From Gemmatimonadota bacterium (GTDB taxonomy: Bacteria; JAAXHH01), in NCBI GenBank assembly GCA_026706345.1, contig JAPOYX010000198.1:47828-111827 (forward strand): 64,000 bases of DNA, in the 5' to 3' direction. A program made the translations under genes and the position numbers. The notes under the pieces were generated by a model. That model was not told the origin of the DNA, searched no databases, and saw only the letters and a list, made by a program, of their open reading frames with translations. Positions within the stretch are counted from its first letter, which is position 1. Every line of letters starts with the position of its first letter. Of the stretch, positions 56,428 to 64,000 are shown one piece after another.

Positions 56428-58800
56428 TCATCCCCGGACCACGATAAATTCAACCGTCTTCTTATCCGTCCGCTCCGAGTGTAGATCCGTGACGGTCAGG
56501 GTCAGCGTGTACGTACCGGGCTCCAGGTCCTCCGTTACGATCGACGTGTACCCGTAGTCGTCCGCCGACGTACCGCCGTCTTCGAAGGCCACGTAGGTCG
56601 ATTGTTCATCGGATCGCTGGCTGACCAGACGTCCCAGCGCGGTGAGGAATCTCAGGAGGACATTGCGCCCGGGTTCCCTTGCGGCGATTTCCAACTCCGA
56701 ACGAAAACTCGTTCTGCCCGCGGCATCTCGCGTCAGGTTGTAGATCTCGTAATAGAGGAAAACCGGCGTCGAAGGAGCATAAAGTCGTGCGGGGTGAGGC
56801 GTGATATGCAGGCCGTTCCGCACGAGCAGACCCGTACCTTCCGTGGGAACGATGGACGCGGCGAGCTTGATGTCACTCAACAAAACCCGGTCTGCATTGT
56901 AGTCCGAGATATCGAGCGGCGCCGTATAGATGCCGAACTTCCGCGAAAGCGAATCCCGAAGAGCTACCGCGGACCGATAGGCTCCGGGCGGCGCACGGAA
57001 CCGGAAAGCACCCGTACTGAGCTGCAGTTTTTCCTGCTCGGATGCGGGGCGGCGCAAGGGTCCCATTTGAAAAGGTGTGCCCTGAACAAAATTGAAGTCC
57101 TGGTCCTGGAGGGCGATCCGACCTGACAGCCAGGTTCGTTCGCCAAGGCCGTCAGCCACGTTTCCCAACTGGGCTGAAGGAACGCTGTAAGCCACTTCGA
57201 CGTCGGCCTGATCTCCGGTTCCCTTGAAAGAAGCCATCTGATATACGAAGTTGAGCGGATCTCCGCCGTAATCGTGGCGATGGAATTCGGGCACTTTTCT
57301 GATCAGTTCCTCGGCCTGTTTTCGCGGCGTATTCAGGAAGTTGTACGCGAGCCGGTTCGTCGTGCCGAAATTGGTCGCCCGATCAGGCAGGTCAATCACC
57401 TGAAGCGGGTGGTCGAAAACCATTGAATTACGCTGGTCGGTGAAGAATATCTCCAGGCCGAAGGGGACATAGACCCAGCTTTCGGTAGGGAAAGCCACCG
57501 ACTTGGTCGCGCGGCCGGCCCTTGCGCTGAATTCGCCGAAATCCTGATTGGGAGCCCCGGTGTTTACTTCCATGTTGACGCGTTGCCGGCTGACATCGCG
57601 GATCATGTCCACGTCCCGGTTCCCCGTGGGGAATATCGCGTTCACCACGTCCTCCCCCGATTTCAAAATGAAATGCTGCCGGTCGTCCGGATGACCGAAG
57701 CGAACATAGATCTCGCCGCGGCGGTCCCAGGGATCCTTGCCTTTTGAAAAGTGCAGCCTGGAAAATATCATCCTCCGGTAATGTTCCACCAGACGTTCGT
57801 TGATCCGGGTTGTGGGATCAGGATCGCGGGCCGCCCAGTAGGTCCTCCACAGCTTCTCCCTTTCCTGCACCGACGCTTCGCGGTATGCTTTGGCTTCGTC
57901 CGGCGACGCCACACCGGAAAGATCCCTGTAGAGGGCGACCTTTTCGGGATCGATATCCGACAGGACCGCCACGTACCGCCTCATGGCGTGGTACGCGCGT
58001 TCGTGCTGGTCCCGGGCATGATAGTGGTAGGCTTCGAGTTGTCCCGACAGCCCTGCGACAAGTGGATTGGCCTGGACACCCTGCGACTCGGCGACCTGTT
58101 GCAGCAACGCGTATCCCCGGTGAAAGTCCTTTAACTGTATCGCGCAGAAGGCCAGGCGGTAGAGCGCGTCGTCGTGCTCCGGATTCACGGAGGCCTGCCT
58201 GAAGTACCAGTCCAATGCGGTTTCGGGCTCGTCCCTGTCCGCTTCGTAGGCGAACCCCAGTCGAAAGTAAGCGTCCGGATGCTCCGGATTCAACTCGACG
58301 GCGCGCCGGTAAGACTCGTCCCGGATCTTTAATTCCCTCTCGGCCGCCCGTGGCCGGAACGTCGCCAGCCTGATCCTTCCATACGTGCGTCCTCGGTAGT
58401 AGTAAACATCCGCGTTATCCGGCACCAGTTTCCCTGCATCGTCCAAGACCTCTCTCGCGTCATTCTTCTTGTCTTTGAGGATGTATACGCGGGCCAGTTG
58501 GATGAGGCTTTCAACGGATGCGCTGTCGATCTTCAGCGCCTCCTTTACCGCCTTCTCGGCCTCGTCATACCTGCTCTGCGCGTCCAGGACCCGGCTCAGC
58601 CAGTAGTGGGCATCCGCGGATCCGGGCTGTTTATCCAGCAGGTCCCGCAGCGTGGCTTCCGCCCGTTCATAGTCACCCGCGCCAAACTGTTCCCTGGCCC
58701 GTTCCATCGGGGCCTCGCTCTCCTGTGCCGCTACAGCGCCAGGCAACATACCGCCGAGCATGAGGCCCAGAAACAGGGAAACCGTTCTCAGGTTCGTCAT
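56428..58800 (-). CDS. Secreted TPR-repeat protein with a C-terminal GWxTD-type domain (paralog A).
   Basis: Signal peptide MTNLRTVSLFLGLMLGGMLPGAVAAQ. N-terminal TPR-like repeats cover about 300 aa. The C-terminal domain carries WRTYWAARDP...ERLVEHYRR...KDPWDRRGEIYVRFGHPDDRQHFI. Start taken at 58800; the ORF track extends to 58881. Confidence 0.7.
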   Translation of the reverse strand: MTNLRTVSLFLGLMLGGMLPGAVAAQESEAPMERAREQFGAGDYERAEATLRDLLDKQPGSADAHYWLSRVLDAQSRYDEAEKAVKEALKIDSASVESLIQLARVYILKDKKNDAREVLDDAGKLVPDNADVYYYRGRTYGRIRLATFRPRAAERELKIRDESYRRAVELNPEHPDAYFRLGFAYEADRDEPETALDWYFRQASVNPEHDDALYRLAFCAIQLKDFHRGYALLQQVAESQGVQANPLVAGLSGQLEAYHYHARDQHERAYHAMRRYVAVLSDIDPEKVALYRDLSGVASPDEAKAYREASVQEREKLWRTYWAARDPDPTTRINERLVEHYRRMIFSRLHFSKGKDPWDRRGEIYVRFGHPDDRQHFILKSGEDVVNAIFPTGNRDVDMIRDVSRQRVNMEVNTGAPNQDFGEFSARAGRATKSVAFPTESWVYVPFGLEIFFTDQRNSMVFDHPLQVIDLPDRATNFGTTNRLAYNFLNTPRKQAEELIRKVPEFHRHDYGGDPLNFVYQMASFKGTGDQADVEVAYSVPSAQLGNVADGLGERTWLSGRIALQDQDFNFVQGTPFQMGPLRRPASEQEKLQLSTGAFRFRAPPGAYRSAVALRDSLSRKFGIYTAPLDISDYNADRVLLSDIKLAASIVPTEGTGLLVRNGLHITPHPARLYAPSTPVFLYYEIYNLTRDAAGRTSFRSELEIAAREPGRNVLLRFLTALGRLVSQRSDEQSTYVAFEDGGTSADDYGYTSIVTEDLEPGTYTLTLTVTDLHSERTDKKTVEFIVVRG

Positions 58801-58852
58801 GAATCCGCCGTCCTCGAGCAGTCGAGATGAGTGTAGGAATTGAGTGCCGGGC

Positions 58853-61366
58853 CTAGTTCCTGTCCGTGGAGAATTCCGCAACCCGATCGTTGGTCACGAC
58901 AAACACCTTGGTCCGCGCGGCGGTTTGACCGGAATGCAGGTCTTTGACGCGAACCGTCATTTCATAGGCGCCGGTGGGGGTGGCGCCCGTGTCGATGGAA
59001 GTGTAACTGTACTCGTCCGGGCGGTTGCCTTCGTTCTCGAATACGATGAGTACGGACTGTTCGCTGTCGGACCGCCGCACCAGCCGGTCTATCCCCTTCA
59101 GAACACGCCAGAAGAGGTTCCGCGGCCGGTCTTTGTGTTTCACTTCCAGCTCCACCTGGTACGAAGACCGCCCCGATTCATCCAGGGCAAGATTGTATAT
59201 CTCGTAGTAGAAATGAACGGGGTCTGTGCGCTGGTAGAGGCGTGCCGGATTGGGTACGATTTCAAGCCCGTTGCGTATGAAGGGGCCGTCGGCCGAATCG
59301 GCCGGTGCGATGGAGACGGCCAGCTTGATATCGCTCAGCATCAACGCGGCGCCTGTGTACCCGGGAACGGTGTACTCCTGTTCGAATATTCCAATGCGCC
59401 GGGTGGCTTCGTCCCGGATCTCTATGGCGGCGCGGTAGCGGCCAGCAGGCGACTCCATGTCCATCATGCCCGTGTGCAGTTCGATGCCCACCTCCTTAGC
59501 CGAAACGGATACGGGTGGTCGATCGATGGGTCCGATACGCCTGGAGGTCTGGGCTACGCGGTTGTAATCCTTATCCTGAAACACCATATGGCTGTCCAAC
59601 CACGTGCGCATGCCCTTCCCGTCCTCCGCCGTTTCCAGCTGTTCGGCCGGAACCATATAGGAGATCTCTACTTCGGCCAGGTCGTCGTCCCCCTTATAGG
59701 ATACGATGTCGTACATGAATCGCAGCGGCCCGCCGCCGTAGTCGAACGCATAAGACTCCGGCGTCTTTTTCATCAGCTCGGCCGCGATGCGCCGGGGATG
59801 ATACTTGTCCTGGACGACGGCTTCCGTGATGTTCGTCTCGTGCACTTGCAGCGGATAGTCATACTTCCCGACCCCTACCTGATCGACGAAAAACAGTTCG
59901 AGGTCGTGCTCGAGGTATACCCAGCTCTCGGCGAGGAAACCCAGCGCCTGTGCTTTCGCGGATTTGGGCGGGAAGTAGTTGAAGCTTGTAACACGGTGTT
60001 CTTCCAGTTCGGGCAGGTAATCCCCCGCATCGGGATCGCGCGTGCTGCGCGTTGTCGGATCGCTCCACTCCATACCGGCGTTGTCGATCTTCAGACGGTA
60101 TCGCCACATGAAGTTGCGTTCCCGGATCGCATCGATACGGGCGTCGCCGGTCGGCTGGTAGTTCTTCAGGGCGTTCTCGCCGGTCTGCATGATGAAATGC
60201 TGCCGATCGTCGGGTTCCCCGTAACGAATGTAGATACCGCCCCGGCGATCCCATGGCTGCTGCCCCCCCGCGAAATGTTCCCGCGCATGCATGACCCGCC
60301 GGTAGTGTTCCACCAGCCGCTCGTTCACGGGCGTGGCCGGCTGGGGATCGCGGGCCGCCCAGAACCGGCGTCTGAATTCCGCTTTTTCTTCTTCAGATTC
60401 CAGCTTTTCGTATTGCCGGTATTCCTCCTCCGAAGCCACGTAGACGAGGTCCGTGTAATGCGCCCGTTCCTCCGGTTCCGCCTTGGCCAGGAATTCCTCG
60501 TAGGCCTCATCCGCTTCGGCGAATCGATTCTGAGACTGCAGCATCGAGGCCTTGAGTTTGTTGATCATCGTGTGAACATAGTCCGGCACGTCGCCGCTGT
60601 GGGCCTCGGCCACCTGCGTCAGCAGATCGATGCCTTCCTGGTACTGCTTGAGCAGGTAACTGCATCTCTCCAGGTGGTAAAGCGCATCCCGGTGATCGGG
60701 CTTTATCATAAGCTGCCGGTAGAAGAGGGCCAGCGCCTTCTTGTAATCCCGTGAAGGATTTTCGTAGGACAGTCCCAACTGGTAGTAGGCGTCGGGGTGC
60801 AGCGGATTCGCCGCCGCCGCCCGGCTGAAGGATCTCCGGGCCTGCAGGACGTAAAGTGGAGCCGCGGGATCTCTCTTGCTCTGCGTCATGTACGCGATCC
60901 CGAGCATGTAATGCACCTCGGAATACTCCGGATCGTAGCGGAGGGCCTGCTTAAGGCTCTTGCGCGCGTCGACCAGGCGGTTCTTCATGCGCATGTACGT
61001 CCGACCCAGCGCAAAGTGCACATCCGGGTTCTTCCGGTCGTGGCGAACGGCGATTCGCAGCTGTTTCGCCGATTCTCTGTCGTCGCCGAGTTCATAATGG
61101 GCGACGCCAAGCCAGTAGCGGGCTTCACCGGACCTGGACTTGAGGCGGACCGCCTCCTCGAAGACCGTTTTCGCCTCCTCGAATTTCCGCTGGTCGTAGA
61201 GGGACCTGCCCTTCTCCAGGAGGGACTCCAGGGAACGGACGGACTCCGGTTCCGACTGCGCTTCCGACGACGTCCTGACTACGATGGGACTCAGCAGGCA
61301 GCAGGACAGCAGGATTCCAGCGATGATCGTGCGACCCGGGAGCGGCCGCGAAGACAGGGCGGACAT
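58853..61366 (-). CDS. Secreted TPR-repeat protein with a C-terminal GWxTD-type domain (paralog B).
   Basis: 837 aa with an N-terminal signal/TM (IIAGILLSCCLLSPIVV) and TPR repeats. The C-terminus carries RRFWAARDP...ERLVEHYRR...QQPWDRRGGIYIRYGEPDDRQHFI, collinear with paralog A. It lies 52 bp upstream of A on the same strand. Confidence 0.7.
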   Translation of the reverse strand: MSALSSRPLPGRTIIAGILLSCCLLSPIVVRTSSEAQSEPESVRSLESLLEKGRSLYDQRKFEEAKTVFEEAVRLKSRSGEARYWLGVAHYELGDDRESAKQLRIAVRHDRKNPDVHFALGRTYMRMKNRLVDARKSLKQALRYDPEYSEVHYMLGIAYMTQSKRDPAAPLYVLQARRSFSRAAAANPLHPDAYYQLGLSYENPSRDYKKALALFYRQLMIKPDHRDALYHLERCSYLLKQYQEGIDLLTQVAEAHSGDVPDYVHTMINKLKASMLQSQNRFAEADEAYEEFLAKAEPEERAHYTDLVYVASEEEYRQYEKLESEEEKAEFRRRFWAARDPQPATPVNERLVEHYRRVMHAREHFAGGQQPWDRRGGIYIRYGEPDDRQHFIMQTGENALKNYQPTGDARIDAIRERNFMWRYRLKIDNAGMEWSDPTTRSTRDPDAGDYLPELEEHRVTSFNYFPPKSAKAQALGFLAESWVYLEHDLELFFVDQVGVGKYDYPLQVHETNITEAVVQDKYHPRRIAAELMKKTPESYAFDYGGGPLRFMYDIVSYKGDDDLAEVEISYMVPAEQLETAEDGKGMRTWLDSHMVFQDKDYNRVAQTSRRIGPIDRPPVSVSAKEVGIELHTGMMDMESPAGRYRAAIEIRDEATRRIGIFEQEYTVPGYTGAALMLSDIKLAVSIAPADSADGPFIRNGLEIVPNPARLYQRTDPVHFYYEIYNLALDESGRSSYQVELEVKHKDRPRNLFWRVLKGIDRLVRRSDSEQSVLIVFENEGNRPDEYSYTSIDTGATPTGAYEMTVRVKDLHSGQTAARTKVFVVTNDRVAEFSTDRN

Positions 61367-61476
61367 AATCTCGGAGGTGGGATCGTTTTGGTAGATGACA
61401 AGCCATGCAAAGCAGGTTCGAGAAACAACAGGCCTGTCCGGGTCCTACCAGAATATCCGGGTACGGGAGCGGGCTG

Positions 61477-62136
61477 TCAAGTTGAAATTCGGGGACGGGT
61501 CGGCGGCCTCACCGCACTTTGAATCACCCGCAACAGGCGTTTGTAGGGCGAGTCGACAGGAGACGCCGCGGCGCCGGCCAGAGGCGGATCGGATTGTCCG
61601 GAATCCGGCGGAATGCCAGGTCCGGTGTCCCGGTTATGCGCGGAGTGTCCGTCCGAGAGCAGGATCCGCATGTTGAAGAACCGCTCGCGGCGCGGGTCGT
61701 GCAGACACAGACGTACCGGTGCTTTGATGCGCAGGCAAAGTACCGCGGGCAGCAATTCCGCGCATGGATTGAGATCGACGGCGAAATTGAGGCCTTCCTC
61801 CGACAACCGGTCCACGATCCGGGTGGAGGGGAGGCCGTACCACCGACGGGTTGTCCGGTCCAGCGGCACCACGCTGATGAGACCTTCCGCCAGGTCGCAA
61901 CATGCGACGGAACCGGGTTCGCCGACGACGAACGCGGACTCCGCCCCCAGACATGCAACCAGTTCCGGGATGATCTCGACCGCTTTGCGGGCTTCTTCGG
62001 TATTCGACGGGAGGCAAACCAGCAACCGGACCGGCCGGCTCCGGATCTCGGACAGGTTGAAAGGCGCACCGCGGAACCGGCACCACCAGGAATAGAGGCT
62101 GAAAATCCAGCGGTCTTTAGGGGACAACCCTGCCAT
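61477..62136 (-). CDS. Hypothetical cytoplasmic protein of 219 aa.
   Basis: Clean ORF with coding composition and no TM segment. It weakly resembles a Rossmann-like N-terminal half of GT9-type glycosyltransferases (VRLLVCLP...NFAVDLNP). I am not confident in that resemblance. Confidence 0.4.
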   Translation of the reverse strand: MAGLSPKDRWIFSLYSWWCRFRGAPFNLSEIRSRPVRLLVCLPSNTEEARKAVEIIPELVACLGAESAFVVGEPGSVACCDLAEGLISVVPLDRTTRRWYGLPSTRIVDRLSEEGLNFAVDLNPCAELLPAVLCLRIKAPVRLCLHDPRRERFFNMRILLSDGHSAHNRDTGPGIPPDSGQSDPPLAGAAASPVDSPYKRLLRVIQSAVRPPTRPRIST

Positions 62137-62195
62137 ATCCGGTTACATAGGTTTAACGAAAGGCCGTCTGACGCGGCCGCAGCCGAATACCGGCC

Positions 62196-62825
62196 CTATT
62201 CCGACTCCTCGGCCTTCTTGCGGATGTCGTAATTTCCGTACATTTGACGAACCATGTCATCGCTGAGGTTTTTGAGGGCGCCTTCGACGGATGCGGCGTA
62301 TTCTCTTTGCCCCCTGCTGAAAAAGCCGATTCGCTCTGAAGCGAAGCCCACGCCCGACGCCATGACGGATGTAAACTGTCTCATCTCCGCGTCATAGAAC
62401 ATCAGTTCGACCGAAACGGCCGTATTTCCCCGTGCATCGTCCTGGAAAGGACCTTCCTCCCGGTTCAGCGACACCATGGCCGAGTTGACCCTGGGAATCA
62501 CCACAAGGTCGAGCTGCCTTTCACCGATCACATCGTCGGCAGGCTGGGCGTCCAATATCGAAACCTGGGAGAAAACGCGGTTCGCCGATTTCGTTATGAC
62601 CGATTCGAGGGATGCGCCGATTTCGCAAATGTATTTCTCGAGATCGGGCCGGTCGACCATCACGAATCCTTTGAATTCCCGGGGGATATAGAGACCGACC
62701 CTCAAGTCCACGGGCCTGGCGATACTGGCCGTGGGGCCTATATCGGGGTTCATTCTGATACTGTACGTACATCCCGTCGCTAGGATGGCGGTCATCAGTA
62801 CCGCTGCGTATTTCAGTACCTGCAT
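62196..62825 (-). CDS. Hypothetical lipoprotein.
   Basis: Signal peptide with lipobox LATGC (MQVLKYAAVLMTAILATGCT). 209 aa. Confidence 0.55.
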   Translation of the reverse strand: MQVLKYAAVLMTAILATGCTYSIRMNPDIGPTASIARPVDLRVGLYIPREFKGFVMVDRPDLEKYICEIGASLESVITKSANRVFSQVSILDAQPADDVIGERQLDLVVIPRVNSAMVSLNREEGPFQDDARGNTAVSVELMFYDAEMRQFTSVMASGVGFASERIGFFSRGQREYAASVEGALKNLSDDMVRQMYGNYDIRKKAEESE

Positions 62826-63211
62826 GCGCCGCTCCTATCCGATCCGTCCATCCGCTCCGGGCAAGTTTGCGCGAGACATGTAAGGCTAACGTCCTTCAAA
62901 TGCGTTTTCAACGTGTTTTGCGACACCTGGCCGCAAACTACGCACACGGCAAACGCCTGTCGAAAACGGACACGCGCATACCCGTTCGAGTTACATGAAA
63001 GGTACGGATTACCGATCGAAAAGTCAAGCGGAGACAGCGTATAATCACCGGCCGGGCATACGCCGCGAAACCCCGATAACACTTGACATTTCAATGGATT
63101 ATCTCTATTTTCAAAGACCGTTGAGCGCGACCGGGAAACCGGTTTTCGAAGCGTTTACGGCGCTTGAGGATAGAGGCTGATTACCACCCTGTTCCGAAGA
63201 TCACAATCCCT

Positions 63212-64000
63212 ATGGCGAGCATCTACCTGGACCATAACGCGACCACGCCGGTCAGACCCGAAGTGTTCGATGCCATGGAACCTTTCTTCAGAGACCGGTT
63301 CGGCAATGCATCGAGCATCCACCGGTACGGACAGGATGCGCGTTCGGCCGTGGAGGAGGCCCGGGCCCAGGTGGCCGGCCTGGTGAATGGACGGCCCGGC
63401 GAAATCTACTTTACAAGCGGCGGCACCGAGTCCGACAACCTGGCGCTCAAAGGCATCGCCTACGCCCGCAGAGCGTACGGCAGGCACATTATCACGACGA
63501 ACATCGAACATTCGGCCGTACTGAACAGTTGCGGTTTTCTCGAGCGGGAAGGCTTCGAAGTGACCTATCTTCCCGTGGATGAATACGGCCGGGTCGATCC
63601 CGGCCAGGTGGCGGACGCCCTGACCGGTCATACGATCCTGATCAGCATCATGCATGCGAACAACGAGATCGGCACGGTCCAGCCCGTGGAGGAAATAGGA
63701 AGGATCGCCCGGGAGAACGGCGTGTGCTTTCACACGGACGCGGTACAGTCCGCCGGCAAGCTGCCGGTCGACGTGGAAGCGATGCACGCGGACCTCCTCT
63801 CGCTTTCGGGCCACAAGATCTACGGCCCCAAGGGCGTGGGGGCCATCTACATCCGCAAAGGCGTCGAAATCGAACCCATGGCCCACGGCGGCCATCACGA
63901 AAATGACGTGCGGTCCGGGACGGAGAACACCGTGGGTATCGTGGGTATCGGCAAGGCTGCTGAACTGGCGGCCGATGAACGGGAACACGAATACCGGAAT
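63212..64000 (+). CDS. iscS: Cysteine desulfurase, IscS/NifS family. The 3' end is partial and runs off the window.
   Basis: MASIYLDHNATTPVRPEV...FGNASSIHRYG...IYFTSGGTESDN...SLSGHKIYGPKGVGAIY carries the PLP-lysine motif SGHK. The frame is open to base 64000. It is absent from the ORF track only because it has no stop within the window. Upstream promoter: TTGACA, 17 bp, TATTTT at about 63085-63113. Confidence 0.85.
   Translation, partial: MASIYLDHNATTPVRPEVFDAMEPFFRDRFGNASSIHRYGQDARSAVEEARAQVAGLVNGRPGEIYFTSGGTESDNLALKGIAYARRAYGRHIITTNIEHSAVLNSCGFLEREGFEVTYLPVDEYGRVDPGQVADALTGHTILISIMHANNEIGTVQPVEEIGRIARENGVCFHTDAVQSAGKLPVDVEAMHADLLSLSGHKIYGPKGVGAIYIRKGVEIEPMAHGGHHENDVRSGTENTVGIVGIGKAAELAADEREHEYRN

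Noticed and set aside
58844-60754. 636-aa ORF antisense to GWxTD paralog B
   Set aside because: Antisense artefact. The minus-strand protein has a signal peptide, TPR repeats and motifs conserved with paralog A.

Overview
This window is a densely coding, high-GC stretch of bacterial chromosome, about 63-66% GC judged by eye. One 5.7 kb island around 44.5-50.2 kb is visibly lower in GC. I found no rRNA, no CRISPR array, and no transposase, integrase or phage genes.

Most of the window is a housekeeping backbone. It runs thrC(partial)-dacB, rsgA, holA, serS-tsaE, lon-clpX-clpP-tig plus tRNA-Leu, ctp, a pgsA-like gene, hrcA-grpE-dnaJ-prmA-rsmE-HIT, rpsU-yqeY-cvpA-mutS2-trx-dnaG, tRNA-Met/Ile2 plus tRNA-Val, phoH-ybeY-corC, and iscS(partial).

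Accessory content worth a closer look:
- A co-directional four-gene cluster: a lipoprotein, a hypothetical, and two large secreted tandem paralogs with N-terminal TPR repeats and a C-terminal GWxTD-type domain (56.4-62.8 kb). This is my best candidate for an uncharacterised system.
- A LarC N-domain-only gene (DUF111) tightly linked to a translationally coupled hexulose-6-phosphate synthase / 6-phospho-3-hexuloisomerase pair. It is preceded by two tandem Cof-type HAD phosphatases and by a secreted globin-like protein with an acidic DTDAEM tandem-repeat tail.
- A low-GC Feo iron-uptake island: a DtxR-like repressor with a Cys-rich tail, feoA, a PepSY-TM reductase-like protein, an orphan ORF, feoB, and a FeoB-associated Cys-rich peptide. 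It contains two copies of a REP-like hairpin element and a promoter with 5'-UTR inverted repeats.
- A TamB-like (1579 aa) and TamA-like Omp85 pair, and a single-module GlnE-family nucleotidyltransferase with an N-terminal ACT-like region.
- A signal-peptide-less sulfatase with a C-x-A-x-R motif.

The combination of GWxTD, TamB, PepSY and Feo genes with few Shine-Dalgarno sequences suggests an FCB-group or Gemmatimonadota-like lineage. That is low confidence.

Every family assignment comes from reading motifs by eye. I ran no searches. Many long antisense ORFs in the track are high-GC artefacts.
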